38,777 bases of DNA from a virus (Duplodnaviria; Caudoviricetes): positions 1-38,777 of IMG/VR virus record IMGVR_UViG_3300024232_000036; one strand, 5' to 3'. Under the pieces are notes generated by a model, which made no database searches, was not told the origin of the DNA, and was given only the letters and a program-made list of their open reading frames with translations. Made by a program: the position numbers and the translations under genes. Of the stretch, positions 8,246 through 16,127 are shown in pieces (within the stretch, counting starts at the first letter, position 1; each line of letters begins with the position of its first letter).

Positions 8246-8746
8246 TTACTGCGCAGCCTGCTGGCCGGGCTCGTCGCCCAGTTCGACATCGACAGCCGCG
8301 CCGGCGACCGCCTCCTTGCGCGCCGCGATGACCTTCGCGGCCTGTTCGCGGAAGTTCGGACGCTTCTCGAGGGTGGCGAGCACCAGCTCGTCCAGCTTGC
8401 CCTCCGGCAGCTCCTTGAGCTTCGTGCCACGCGCCTTGAGCGCGTTGACGACCGCCTGCTCGGCGAGCTTGTAGGCCTCCTTCTCGACCGGGTCCTGCGG
8501 CAGCTTGCCGGCCGCACGCACGCCGAACTGATACGTCTCGTCGTAGGCGTTCAGTTCGTTCTGGCCGAGTTCGGGAGCCTTGTCCTCGATCGCCTTCTTC
8601 ATCCGCGCAGCGAAGTTGTTACGGATGTTCTCGGCGCGAAGCTGGTTGAGGGCGGCCGCCTCGTTGGCGGTGAGCTGGTGACCGGCAGCGTAGGGTGCGG
8701 CGATGGTGAAGAGGCTTCCCTGGATCACTACGGGTTGGGTGTTCAT
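8246..8746 (-). CDS. Conserved phage protein, probably highly expressed
   Basis: Strong GC3 codon bias, AAGGAG RBS, own promoter; ENIRNNF and DPVEKEA motifs. Confidence 0.8.
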   Translation of the reverse strand: MNTQPVVIQGSLFTIAAPYAAGHQLTANEAAALNQLRAENIRNNFAARMKKAIEDKAPELGQNELNAYDETYQFGVRAAGKLPQDPVEKEAYKLAEQAVVNALKARGTKLKELPEGKLDELVLATLEKRPNFREQAAKVIAARKEAVAGAAVDVELGDEPGQQAAQ

Positions 8747-8818
8747 AGCGGCTTATCTCCTTGTGCTGGCCCGTTGTGGGCCGGGTTGTGCCGGCCCGTG
8801 GGCCGGCGGTACGGGTAC

Positions 8819-8847
8819 AATATGCGCCCATGCGCCAAGCGTGTCAA
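8819..8847 (-). promoter_or_regulatory. Sigma70-type promoter
   Basis: TTGACA-17 bp-CATATT on the minus strand. Confidence 0.75.
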
Positions 8848-8867
8848 GTGCCTTTGTGGGGCGGGCG

Positions 8868-8896
8868 CATGGGGTAGTTTCGCCGGTAAACATGGG
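8868..8896 (-). repeat. Dispersed 29-bp motif, copy 1 (CCCATGTTTACCGGCGAAACTACCCCATG)
   Basis: 26/29 identical to 29742-29770 and 21/29 to 16820-16848. Confidence 0.75.
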
Positions 8897-9163
8897 TTAG
8901 AGACCGAGGTCCTCAATACTCAGCCCCTCTAGCTTCGGATCGACGGCGGGCCTTTCCCGCCCGAGTGCTTTGGCATGTCCAAGGGCGGCGTAGAACAGCT
9001 CCCAGAACTTCTCGGGCGTGTACCACGCCTCGTGGACTAGCTTCCAGAACTCGTCGGCGTTCTTCGCCTTCCCGGCGAGTATCCAGCCGTGGACGTAGAC
9101 TGCGACAGAGCCGTCTGGCTCTGGGATGATTGCTGCCCAACGGGCAGGGGAAGGGTCCGGCAT
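8897..9163 (-). CDS. Hypothetical protein ending in LSIEDLGL
   Basis: 88 aa ORF with AAGGAG RBS. Confidence 0.7.
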   Translation of the reverse strand: MPDPSPARWAAIIPEPDGSVAVYVHGWILAGKAKNADEFWKLVHEAWYTPEKFWELFYAALGHAKALGRERPAVDPKLEGLSIEDLGL

Positions 9164-9315
9164 CGAATGCTCTCCTTCTGGATCAGTTCATACGTAGTGA
9201 AGGTCCGGCCACACGTAAGGCACTCTCGGACCCGCTTGGTTGAAGGACCGCTCCGTAAAGAAGCCGGCCGGGTGTCGAGTACAGCCGTCTTCCCTCCGCA
9301 GATACAGAACTGCAT
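9037..9315 (-). CDS. NrdR-like zinc-ribbon protein (no ATP cone)
   Basis: CICGGKTAVLDTR...KRVRECLTCGRTFTTYE matches the NrdR N-terminal pattern. Confidence 0.7.
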   Translation of the reverse strand: MQFCICGGKTAVLDTRPASLRSGPSTKRVRECLTCGRTFTTYELIQKESIRCRTLPLPVGQQSSQSQTALSQSTSTAGYSPGRRRTPTSSGS

Positions 9316-9591
9316 TCATCCCCTCCTCAATTTCTCATACGCCTTGTCGTATGTAGGTCTGAGAACCGCCTCCACCGCCTCGTACCACTCGGTCGCGGTC
9401 AGCCGATCAGGCTTAACGCTTGCCGCGACCATGCCGAGTGTTACTGTTAAGGCGAGGACGCACTCACCGGGGCTGTATTCGTCAGACAGCCCGGTGATTA
9501 TGCCGGTGAGGATGTGAGAAAGCTCTTCCGCCTTCTTCTTTGAGAGCGCGTATGCCATCTGCTGTTTGAGCCGCTCGACCGCCTCGCTCAT
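9316..9591 (-). CDS. Hypothetical protein
   Basis: ATGA overlap with the helicase stop. Confidence 0.65.
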   Translation of the reverse strand: MSEAVERLKQQMAYALSKKKAEELSHILTGIITGLSDEYSPGECVLALTVTLGMVAASVKPDRLTATEWYEAVEAVLRPTYDKAYEKLRRG

Positions 9592-11294
9592 AAGCCGAGG
9601 TCCTCGATCGAGAGGTCGCCGGCCGTCTTACGGCTCTCCAAGAACTTCTGCTGCTTCTGCAGCTCTTCTTCTCGGCTCATGTCCGGGGTGAGAGCAGCTA
9701 GTGAGGGAACGCTTGGCAGCTTGGGCGGCCGGGGCGCGAAGAGATCTTCGACTGTCAGGTCAGCCGTTTCGTTCGTCTCGGCCAGCGACCGGATGCTCAT
9801 GAAATAGAGTTCCGACATCGCTCTGGTTTCTCCAACGTAGATCAGGTTGTTCTCCTGGTCCCGGCCCGCCCCGCGTACCCGCTGGGGAGGAAGCTTCTCT
9901 CGGCCAAGGAAGTGCACTCGCCGGTACTCTAGACCTTTCGCCTTATGAATGGTTGAAAGCGTAACCATGCCCGGATGGCCCGGCCGATCACTGAAGAGGG
10001 CCTCGATCTTGTCGATGAACCAGCGGACGGTCGCACCGTTCGGGGCTGCTTCACAGATAGAGTGAATAGCGGAACAGCGGTCAGTCAGGGACTCGGCTTT
10101 GTCGAGCTTCCCCTTCTCGTTATGCTTCGTGCATTCAGAAGACAACCAGCTGTCAAGATGCTTCAGCGCCACCTCGAGGTCCATCGACTCGTCACCGGAA
10201 GCGCCCCTCTTCTTAAGAAGGCGTGCGAGGCCCGCACCGATATCCTTACCGAGGATGGTCGCAGCGATGCCGCGCTTGATGAGGCGGAGCCAGAGCGTAG
10301 CGAGCGGCTGATTGTAACGACAGAGAATGAAATCGCCCGGCCGGATCTCGTGTGGGCGGCTAACGCCGACCAGGCCCTCTGGAGCGTCCGGGCTCGACTT
10401 CATGTAGGGAACGATCTCGTTTGCCTGCCGGACCACTGCCTTCGGGCAGCGGAAGGAAACTGTGAGGGGCATCGGGCGGAGCCCAAACTGAGCGATCATG
10501 TTAGGGATCGAACGCACGTCAGCGCCGCGGAAGCCATAGATCGCCTGGTTGCGGTCTCCGGCAGCTACGAGGCGGCCCGACAAGCCGAGGAGCTTACGGA
10601 GCATCCGGTGCTGAAGAGTCCCGAGGTCCTGTACCTCGTCCACCATGACCAGCTTGAACGTGTCGAAGCGGCCGGCGATCGTCACAGGCAGATAGAGCTG
10701 ATCCGTGAAGTCGATGATGCCCTCCCAGGCTTTCATGTTCATACGTGCTAAGAGCGTCCGCGCGCACTCGATCAGCCAGCTCGGGTCCCAGTCCTCTGGA
10801 TCGATATCGGCGGCCTCAAAGAGTTCTGCCCAAGCAGCCGGCGTGTCATCCTGTGCACCGCCGGGCGAGCCGGCCGGGACTATCCCGGTGTTCCGAGCTG
10901 CATCAACCAACTTCTTGAAGTCCGGGCAGGCCATCGGGCTGCTATCGAAGCGCGGCCAGAGTTCCTTAGCCGTGAGATAGAGCTTGCCGGTCTCCAGGGT
11001 GAGCCGGCGACCGATTGCCCGGCCAAACGCTGAGTGACCGAGCGAGTTCATGGTGCGGACTGTGATCGGCAGGCCGGCTGTGTTCGCTCGCTCCTGAAAG
11101 GCAGTAGCGATATGCTTGTTGAACGCACAGACCAGCGTGCCGGCCGGCAGGATACCCTCTGTCTGCATCTGGCGGAGGCCTTCCTCCAAAGTGAAGGACT
11201 TGCCGGAGCCGGCGACTGCTTCGAGGACGAGGTTCTCGTTCGTCATGAGGAGCGCGTCGAGGAAGGCGCTCTGTTCTGGTGTAAGGGTTTTCAT
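9588..11294 (-). CDS. Superfamily 1 (UvrD/Rep-like) DNA helicase
   Basis: AVAGSGKS, VDEVQD, GDRNQAIYGFRGA, SFRCP, STIHKAKGLE, YVGETRA. Confidence 0.93.
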   Translation of the reverse strand: MKTLTPEQSAFLDALLMTNENLVLEAVAGSGKSFTLEEGLRQMQTEGILPAGTLVCAFNKHIATAFQERANTAGLPITVRTMNSLGHSAFGRAIGRRLTLETGKLYLTAKELWPRFDSSPMACPDFKKLVDAARNTGIVPAGSPGGAQDDTPAAWAELFEAADIDPEDWDPSWLIECARTLLARMNMKAWEGIIDFTDQLYLPVTIAGRFDTFKLVMVDEVQDLGTLQHRMLRKLLGLSGRLVAAGDRNQAIYGFRGADVRSIPNMIAQFGLRPMPLTVSFRCPKAVVRQANEIVPYMKSSPDAPEGLVGVSRPHEIRPGDFILCRYNQPLATLWLRLIKRGIAATILGKDIGAGLARLLKKRGASGDESMDLEVALKHLDSWLSSECTKHNEKGKLDKAESLTDRCSAIHSICEAAPNGATVRWFIDKIEALFSDRPGHPGMVTLSTIHKAKGLEYRRVHFLGREKLPPQRVRGAGRDQENNLIYVGETRAMSELYFMSIRSLAETNETADLTVEDLFAPRPPKLPSVPSLAALTPDMSREEELQKQQKFLESRKTAGDLSIEDLGL

Positions 11295-11308
11295 TTCTTC
11301 TCACTGCG

Positions 11309-11392
11309 TTAAAAGGTAAGGAACATGCAAACGAAGGCCGCAAGCGCGAGGATGATTATAACCAGCGCGATCCGGCCTGCGTACTCTTCCAC
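11309..11392 (-). CDS. Small single-TM peptide (27 aa)
   Basis: GTG start overlapping the upstream TAG; MEEYAGRIALVIIILALAAFVCMFLTF. Confidence 0.5.
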   Translation of the reverse strand: MEEYAGRIALVIIILALAAFVCMFLTF

Positions 11393-11664
11393 TAACGAAC
11401 TGCCTTTCTGTGGATCGGCACCACGTTGACCGGCTGGGCCGGTGTGAAGGTGACTACGAAGCCGAGTGCAGAAGCGACGGCCGCAACTGTACAGTGCATC
11501 GGCCGCTTCGTTTTGCCCTGAAACCAGTTGTGCAGGGTCTTCGTCGTGACGCCGCTCTTGTTCTCGATGTAGGTGAACGTCACGTCCTGGTCTGCGATGA
11601 TCGTGCGAAGGCGATCGATCACAGGGTCCTTGTTGCGGAACAGGTAGCTCTGATAGCTCTTCAT
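11392..11664 (-). CDS. XRE/Cro-like HTH transcriptional regulator
   Basis: TFTYIENKSGVTTKTLHNWFQGKTKRP...TVAAVASALG. Confidence 0.82.
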   Translation of the reverse strand: MKSYQSYLFRNKDPVIDRLRTIIADQDVTFTYIENKSGVTTKTLHNWFQGKTKRPMHCTVAAVASALGFVVTFTPAQPVNVVPIHRKAVR

Positions 11665-11695
11665 TGGTGAGGTCTTTCGTTTGTTACTGTGTTAG

Positions 11696-11724
11696 AGGTT
11701 ACCACAACCGGCCGAAAAAGTCAA
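11696..11724 (-). promoter_or_regulatory. Sigma70-type promoter upstream of the HTH gene
   Basis: TTGACT-17 bp-TAACCT with an extended TG. Confidence 0.65.
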
Positions 11725-11732
11725 GGGGCCTG

Positions 11733-11969
11733 TTACGTTTTCGGACGCAGGTTCTCAGGCAAGTTCTGGTGCAACCAGTCGGTGAGGCCCGCTTCGCTGG
11801 CACCGATGCGGGGCGGCTCCCAGCCAAAGTGTTTCGCGACGAGCGCCAGAAAGTGCCCATAGGTCCGGCGGTCCGAGCGGACGTACCAGCGGGCTCCGCA
11901 AGAGCAACAGAGGTCCTTCCCAGGGACGTGCGAGAAGTCCTGGTATCGAATGACTTTGTGTGTCATCAC
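11733..11969 (-). CDS. Hypothetical protein
   Basis: GTGA overlap; CSCG motif. Confidence 0.55.
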   Translation of the reverse strand: MMTHKVIRYQDFSHVPGKDLCCSCGARWYVRSDRRTYGHFLALVAKHFGWEPPRIGASEAGLTDWLHQNLPENLRPKT

Positions 11970-12265
11970 TTTTTCCTTAAACAGGCTACAAGGTCTGTAG
12001 CCAGGATTGTAGGGACGGCGTAGCGCTCGATCAAGATCCGCTCGAACAAGACCTTCTCTATGAGAGTGAGGCGCTTTGTTTCGAGCTGCAGCGTCTGAAA
12101 GAGATACGCGCAGATATCGATGCTCTTACGTGCGCCGAGCGGCGGGCCTTCGTTCTTCATTTTCTCCTCCCAGTTTGGACAGATACGAACAGAGCCATCG
12201 ACGTAGTTCATCTCGCCCTGCCAGCACGCCTCGCGGCGCGGCATGTCACAGAAGCCGCACTTCAT
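11966..12265 (-). CDS. Hypothetical Cys-rich protein
   Basis: Start reassigned to ATG 12265 (ATGA overlap); MKCGFC...C...C. Confidence 0.5.
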   Translation of the reverse strand: MKCGFCDMPRREACWQGEMNYVDGSVRICPNWEEKMKNEGPPLGARKSIDICAYLFQTLQLETKRLTLIEKVLFERILIERYAVPTILATDLVACLRKK

Positions 12266-12450
12266 GTACGGACCTTCTCTGCCGACACGCTCTGCGGCTT
12301 CGCGAGCGAAAGCTGAAGCGCCCTTGGCCCGTTCTTGTACCAGGCGCATAGGCGGTTCCAGTAGATAGAGGTTTCCTGCTCCGAGGTGAAGGTCATCTCG
12401 ATAACAATCTTCATCTCGCCGCTGCGCTTCCAGTGGATATGGGTCAGCAT
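12262..12450 (-). CDS. Hypothetical protein
   Basis: Start at ATG 12450 via a TAATG overlap. Confidence 0.5.
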   Translation of the reverse strand: MLTHIHWKRSGEMKIVIEMTFTSEQETSIYWNRLCAWYKNGPRALQLSLAKPQSVSAEKVRT

Positions 12451-12704
12451 TAGGGCGCCTTCTCGGGCGGCCGCTGTGGCATGGTCCACTGAGAGAGTTC
12501 CGTGATGCCTAGCGCTGTAAGCTCGGCGGTGTTCTGTGCGATCAAGAGGCCGATGATCGCTTCGACTGCTGCGCCAGTCACACCAATCGGATCAGTACCG
12601 GCTGCAATAGTGAGCATGCCGTTCAGAGAACCGGACTTGAGGCGGAAGATATCCTGCCGGGCCTCGATCAGCTGAAGGACTTTCTCTGCGTCTTTCTGTT
12701 TCAT
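12450..12704 (-). CDS. Hypothetical protein
   Basis: ORF tiles the early operon. Confidence 0.6.
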   Translation of the reverse strand: MKQKDAEKVLQLIEARQDIFRLKSGSLNGMLTIAAGTDPIGVTGAAVEAIIGLLIAQNTAELTALGITELSQWTMPQRPPEKAP

Positions 12705-12707
12705 CTG

Positions 12708-12729
12708 AAAAAGGGGCCTTTCGGCCCCT
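12708..12729 (-). terminator. Intrinsic terminator
   Basis: AGGGGCC-GAAA-GGCCCCT followed by a T run. Confidence 0.72.
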
Positions 12730-12738
12730 CCCTCCGTG

Positions 12739-12933
12739 CTATGGCTCGATGAGTGTGACTTCGACTGCGCCGATGTTCGTCTCGCCGGACTCGACGCCCA
12801 GATCGACGAGGTTATCGTTCAGGTGCTCTTGCAGAGCAGAGGTGATATCGCTGTCGGACTCGATCTCGAGTTCCTCCTTCAACTCGTCAGGAGGCGCGTC
12901 GATTTCAGCAGTAATCAGGATACGAAACTTCAC
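12739..12933 (-). CDS. Small acidic hypothetical protein
   Basis: 64 aa, Asp/Glu-rich; GAGGAG RBS. Confidence 0.6.
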   Translation of the reverse strand: MKFRILITAEIDAPPDELKEELEIESDSDITSALQEHLNDNLVDLGVESGETNIGAVEVTLIEP

Positions 12934-13022
12934 TTTCTTCTCCTCAGGTTATAACCTACGAACACACCGATAGCTCCCATGAACGCGCCCCAGATAGCAC
13001 ATGCTATCCAGGCGTTGTTCAT
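12930..13022 (-). CDS. Small single-TM peptide (30 aa)
   Basis: MNNAWIACAIWGAFMGAIGVFVGYNLRRRK; fills the gap, with a GTGA overlap downstream. Confidence 0.55.
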   Translation of the reverse strand: MNNAWIACAIWGAFMGAIGVFVGYNLRRRK

Positions 13023-13023
13023 G

Positions 13024-13329
13024 TTACTTGATACCGAGCCGCACAGCGGCCTTGGCGACTACGTGCTCGATAACAGTTTTGAGAAAACCATGCTCGTTTC
13101 GACAGAGTGACGTTGCGATATCTGCTTCGTATGTTCCTCCATCTCCGTCTGGTACCCGCGCCGCGCAGGTGAAACTGACTTCACCTGTTGGAAGGATTTC
13201 CATCTCGAACTTCCCGCCCGCCTTGATAACCTTTGCGGCGAGCCGGTCGATAGCTACAGAGTCTGTTTCAAACTCTTCCTGTGTGCGCCTCCCGTTAGGA
13301 AGGTGGTACTGTGTGAAAGGGATGGTCAT
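13024..13329 (-). CDS. Hypothetical protein
   Basis: MTIPFTQYHLPNGRR...; AAGGA RBS. Confidence 0.65.
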   Translation of the reverse strand: MTIPFTQYHLPNGRRTQEEFETDSVAIDRLAAKVIKAGGKFEMEILPTGEVSFTCAARVPDGDGGTYEADIATSLCRNEHGFLKTVIEHVVAKAAVRLGIK

Positions 13330-13339
13330 AGCACTGTCC

Positions 13340-13630
13340 TTAACAGTCGTTGACTTTCATCTGCGGCGGGAAGTGCTTCAGATAGCTGCTGAAGTCTTGC
13401 TGATAGTGCTCTGCGATCGGACCCATAGCTACGCCGACCACAATCTCGGCTCCGCAGCCCTTGCACGCCCAGAGGTCACCACGCCAGAGCTTGTAGGGCG
13501 CCCAGTTTTCTGGCTCAGCCGTTCCGGGCAGAGCGCCTTGTACGGTAGGCATTCCTTCAATGAAGTCATACCCGTTCTTCTTTGGATAGAAGAACCGCTG
13601 GCACGGGACGCATACAGGCTTGAGAATCAT
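13340..13630 (-). CDS. Hypothetical zinc-finger-like protein (CxxC...CxxC)
   Basis: Start at ATG 13630 after GAGGAAGG; CVPC...CKGC. Confidence 0.6.
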   Translation of the reverse strand: MILKPVCVPCQRFFYPKKNGYDFIEGMPTVQGALPGTAEPENWAPYKLWRGDLWACKGCGAEIVVGVAMGPIAEHYQQDFSSYLKHFPPQMKVNDC

Positions 13631-13730
13631 TCCTTCCTCTCCTTTCTTGGCAGCGTGCGCCACAGAATGTCTCCGCGCGCCGGGATGTAGAGCAGTATCA
13701 CGGCACAGATTATTATGATGGTGCTTATAG

Positions 13731-13919
13731 TCACAGCTGCTCCTGTTTGCCATCTGGGTGAACGCGGAAGCGCCAGCGAGAAAGCCGGCGCTTCCCCGAG
13801 AGGAGCCTGATCTCCGTGGCGAAGCCGTAGCGATTGTTCCCTTTCCAGTGAACGATCACTGTGGTATCGTACTTCTTTGCCAGGAGAACAGCGCCCTTAA
13901 GCGCGGTCGGGAGGTCCAC
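13731..13919 (-). CDS. Hypothetical protein
   Basis: ORF tiles the early operon. Confidence 0.5.
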   Translation of the reverse strand: MDLPTALKGAVLLAKKYDTTVIVHWKGNNRYGFATEIRLLSGKRRLSRWRFRVHPDGKQEQL

Positions 13920-14091
13920 CGGCCGAGATCCTTACAGTCGTATTGGGCTTCTCGAGCGGCAGCACGTATGCGTTCACCATTGTCATGGCATCGCCTGCCG
14001 CCTCGCGGAAGCTGTCGTATGGGCCGAACGCGCGGCGGCCCAGCGGAGAGACTTCATCTATGACGATGAAGCGGACTTTCGGCTTAGACAC
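13897..14091 (-). CDS. Hypothetical protein
   Basis: AGAAGGA RBS; FGPY motif. Confidence 0.55.
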   Translation of the reverse strand: MSKPKVRFIVIDEVSPLGRRAFGPYDSFREAAGDAMTMVNAYVLPLEKPNTTVRISAGGPPDRA

Positions 14092-14111
14092 TGTAGTTTC
14101 CTTCTCTGGGG

Positions 14112-14378
14112 TTAGTAGCAGTTCGTCGTGACCTGGTTGCCGAACCGGTTGCTGTAGCAGGTGATCGGCGCTGGCGGGACGTAGTAGTACACCGGCGCCG
14201 GCTCGTACATGGCGCCAGCGGCAAGGCCGGCGGTCCCGACGATGAGCGCGGCAGCGCCCAGGACCATTAGGCCAGTGCCGACACCATCGCCGACCTTGTT
14301 CCAGTCAACGTGGCCGTCAGCGGTGCAGCCACTCACGGCGAGGGCTGTGGTGAGGATGAGGATCTTACGCATTTTCAC
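14112..14378 (-). CDS. Putative lipoprotein
   Basis: MRKILILTTALAVSG|C lipobox followed by a Gly-rich hydrophobic segment. Confidence 0.72.
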   Translation of the reverse strand: MKMRKILILTTALAVSGCTADGHVDWNKVGDGVGTGLMVLGAAALIVGTAGLAAGAMYEPAPVYYYVPPAPITCYSNRFGNQVTTNCY

Positions 14379-14409
14379 TTTCCTTGTGGATCGGTACTGT
14401 AGCGTACCA

Positions 14410-14433
14410 GGAACCGGCCCCCGTAGGGGCCGG
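14410..14433 (-). terminator. GC-rich hairpin (weak terminator or processing site)
   Basis: CCGGCCCC-TACG-GGGGCCGG-TTCC. Confidence 0.45.
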
Positions 14434-14444
14434 AGACTGCTGCG

Positions 14445-14633
14445 CTACGAGCAGGTGACCTCTGGGAACGGAGCGTTTGCAAGGGCCATAAGGACGTGAC
14501 GGAACGCAGCTACTGCGTCAAGTGCGTTTAGTGCGGTTACCTGGGACCGTACCACTGGGAGGTCCGGAAGGCCGGCTGTGATTACGTACACGCCGGTTGT
14601 TCCTTCAAGGGGCTGGATAGTGAAGTGCATCAT
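14445..14633 (-). CDS. Hypothetical protein
   Basis: ATGA overlap with the upstream gene. Confidence 0.55.
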   Translation of the reverse strand: MMHFTIQPLEGTTGVYVITAGLPDLPVVRSQVTALNALDAVAAFRHVLMALANAPFPEVTCS

Positions 14634-14818
14634 GCTGGGAGATCCTCCAGTTCCTGTTGTAAGAGGTCAATGATCGCTTCGATCCGGGTTGTACCGTAGC
14701 CGATCGGCATAGGCGGCTCATAACTGGAGCGCACCGCGCTCCAGTCGAACTGTCGTAGAGGGATCGGCTTCGGGTCGTACTCTGTGATGATAGGGTCAGT
14801 CATAGAGATCACTGTCAT
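14630..14818 (-). CDS. Hypothetical protein
   Basis: PKPIPLRQFDWSA...GYGTT pattern. Confidence 0.6.
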   Translation of the reverse strand: MTVISMTDPIITEYDPKPIPLRQFDWSAVRSSYEPPMPIGYGTTRIEAIIDLLQQELEDLPA

Positions 14819-15008
14819 CGTAACCTACCTTATCCTCCATTCTTTCATCGCGCCAGCGGTCGTATGCTTCGTCCGGGTCTCGCCCGTGGACGAGGCAGTT
14901 CCTGTTTAGGCGAGGCTCCGGCGGGTCGATGTCTGTTGCGTGGACGGTTGTCCAACCGCAGGTGCAGTCCGGGTCCTCGCCCGGAATTTCGTCAGCGGGA
15001 AATGGCAT
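14796..15008 (-). CDS. Hypothetical acidic protein (CxC...CxxH)
   Basis: Start reassigned to ATG 15008; DPDEAYDRWRD. Confidence 0.55.
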   Translation of the reverse strand: MPFPADEIPGEDPDCTCGWTTVHATDIDPPEPRLNRNCLVHGRDPDEAYDRWRDERMEDKVGYDDSDLYD

Positions 15009-15162
15009 TGGTCTCTTCCTGAGAAAGCAGTGGCTCGGCCGAATAGCGCTGTAGTTTCTGCTCTGAGCAGTTCTTTTTTGCCCAGGCGATAGCTGTTGCA
15101 CGGTCCTCGAATGGACCGTAGTAGTAGGTCACGCCACCTGAGAAGACACGTAGGATGTACAT
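14992..15162 (-). CDS. Small hypothetical protein (56 aa)
   Basis: MYILRVFSGGVTYYYGPFEDRATAIAWAKK...; AAGGA RBS; below the ORF-track length cutoff. Confidence 0.6.
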   Translation of the reverse strand: MYILRVFSGGVTYYYGPFEDRATAIAWAKKNCSEQKLQRYSAEPLLSQEETNAISR

Positions 15163-15177
15163 ATTTTTCTATCCTTT

Positions 15178-15215
15178 GTTTCGGCCTGTCAGTTGGGTTT
15201 CGGCCTGTCAACCGG
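15178..15215 (-). repeat. Tandem TGACAGGCCGAAAC motif (2 copies)
   Basis: CCGGTTGACAGGCCGAAACCCAACTGACAGGCCGAAAC on the minus strand. Confidence 0.7.
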
Positions 15216-15513
15216 GAATGCCGAGGGTCGCGGCGATCGAGGCAGGCGTCCATGCCTCGAACAGGGAAATCGAATGTTCGATCTGGTCGAGCAGAGAATG
15301 CGGGTTCTCGCCGGTCTCGTACACTTCGAAGAGGTGGTTACTGGGCGGGCCGCTCGGCAGCCATACAGATGCTGCGGCACGGAACTGGACGAGCGAGCCG
15401 TTGATTGTCATGTGGATCGCTACGTAGGCGAGGTGGTCCTTAGGCGCTTTGGCCTTTAGGACAGCGGAAAGCTGAGAACAGCGGGTGTTCAGGGCCTGAG
15501 CGTCGAAAATCAT
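15208..15513 (-). CDS. Hypothetical protein
   Basis: Start reassigned to ATG 15513 after AGAAGGA. Confidence 0.6.
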   Translation of the reverse strand: MIFDAQALNTRCSQLSAVLKAKAPKDHLAYVAIHMTINGSLVQFRAAASVWLPSGPPSNHLFEVYETGENPHSLLDQIEHSISLFEAWTPASIAATLGIPG

Positions 15514-15538
15514 TTCTGCGTTCCTTCTAGGAGGGTTT

Positions 15539-15562
15539 GCTGGGTTTCGGCCTGTCAGCCGG
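15539..15562 (-). repeat. CCGGCTGACAGGCCGAAACCCAGC motif
   Basis: Intergenic; matches 15194-15215 and 19440-19473. Confidence 0.7.
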
Positions 15563-15563
15563 A

Positions 15564-15806
15564 TTAGCGTGCCGCCTTGACGAGTTCCCATGCGGCAGCC
15601 AGGGACATGCCCTGGTTGTCCATGAGCCACTTGACCGGGGCGACCGAGTTGCCGGCCTCTGCGTAGGCGCGGCGGGCGCCTTCAGGGAGCGGGCAATCCG
15701 CTGCAACTCGTTTGCCCTGGCAGCGTACCGAACCGTCGAGGAGCCGCCAACACTTGACGAGGCGGTCATCGAGGATGACCTTGGAGCCGGGCGGAAGTCT
15801 CTGCAT
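15564..15806 (-). CDS. Hypothetical protein
   Basis: First gene after the promoter; C-terminus (VKWLMDNQGMSLAAAWELVK) resembles a small helical domain. Confidence 0.65.
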   Translation of the reverse strand: MQRLPPGSKVILDDRLVKCWRLLDGSVRCQGKRVAADCPLPEGARRAYAEAGNSVAPVKWLMDNQGMSLAAAWELVKAAR

Positions 15807-15880
15807 TTGTTTCTGTCCTTCTAGGAGGGTTTTCGGAAGACCGCTTTGCGGCCGCAGGGCGGATTAGTCCCTACCCCATG

Positions 15881-15909
15881 AGTGTCGCATGTTTTCCGGG
15901 CGTTGTCAA
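15881..15909 (-). promoter_or_regulatory. Sigma70-type promoter
   Basis: TTGACA-17 bp-GACACT with an extended TG. Confidence 0.6.
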
Positions 15910-16127
15910 GGGGGCTCGTTAACTTTCTTTTCAGTTGCTGTTTCAAAGTGCTTGTAGATTTTCTCCCTTGCTTCATCGAGCTTTTTAAGTAGAGGGTTGC
16001 CTGGCAGAAGACCTATTGCTAGGTCTGACATCAATTCGAGTCGGGCGATAGCTTCTGCTCTGTTTATGGTGTCCCAGCCATTATTCAGGAGGGCAGCTAA
16101 CATTTTCTGTTTATAACTTCGCTTCAT
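15906..16127 (-). CDS. Hypothetical protein
   Basis: ATGA overlap; lower GC than its neighbours. Confidence 0.6.
   Translation of the reverse strand: MKRSYKQKMLAALLNNGWDTINRAEAIARLELMSDLAIGLLPGNPLLKKLDEAREKIYKHFETATEKKVNEPP

Noticed and set aside
8120-8932. 270-aa plus-strand ORF (likewise 9975-10751 and 17265-18194)
   Set aside because: Antisense to strongly codon-biased genes; typical shadow ORFs.
15539-15562. CTGA...GAAAC as a hammerhead ribozyme core
   Set aside because: Lacks the CUGANGA consensus (reads CTGACAG) and has no room for stem II.
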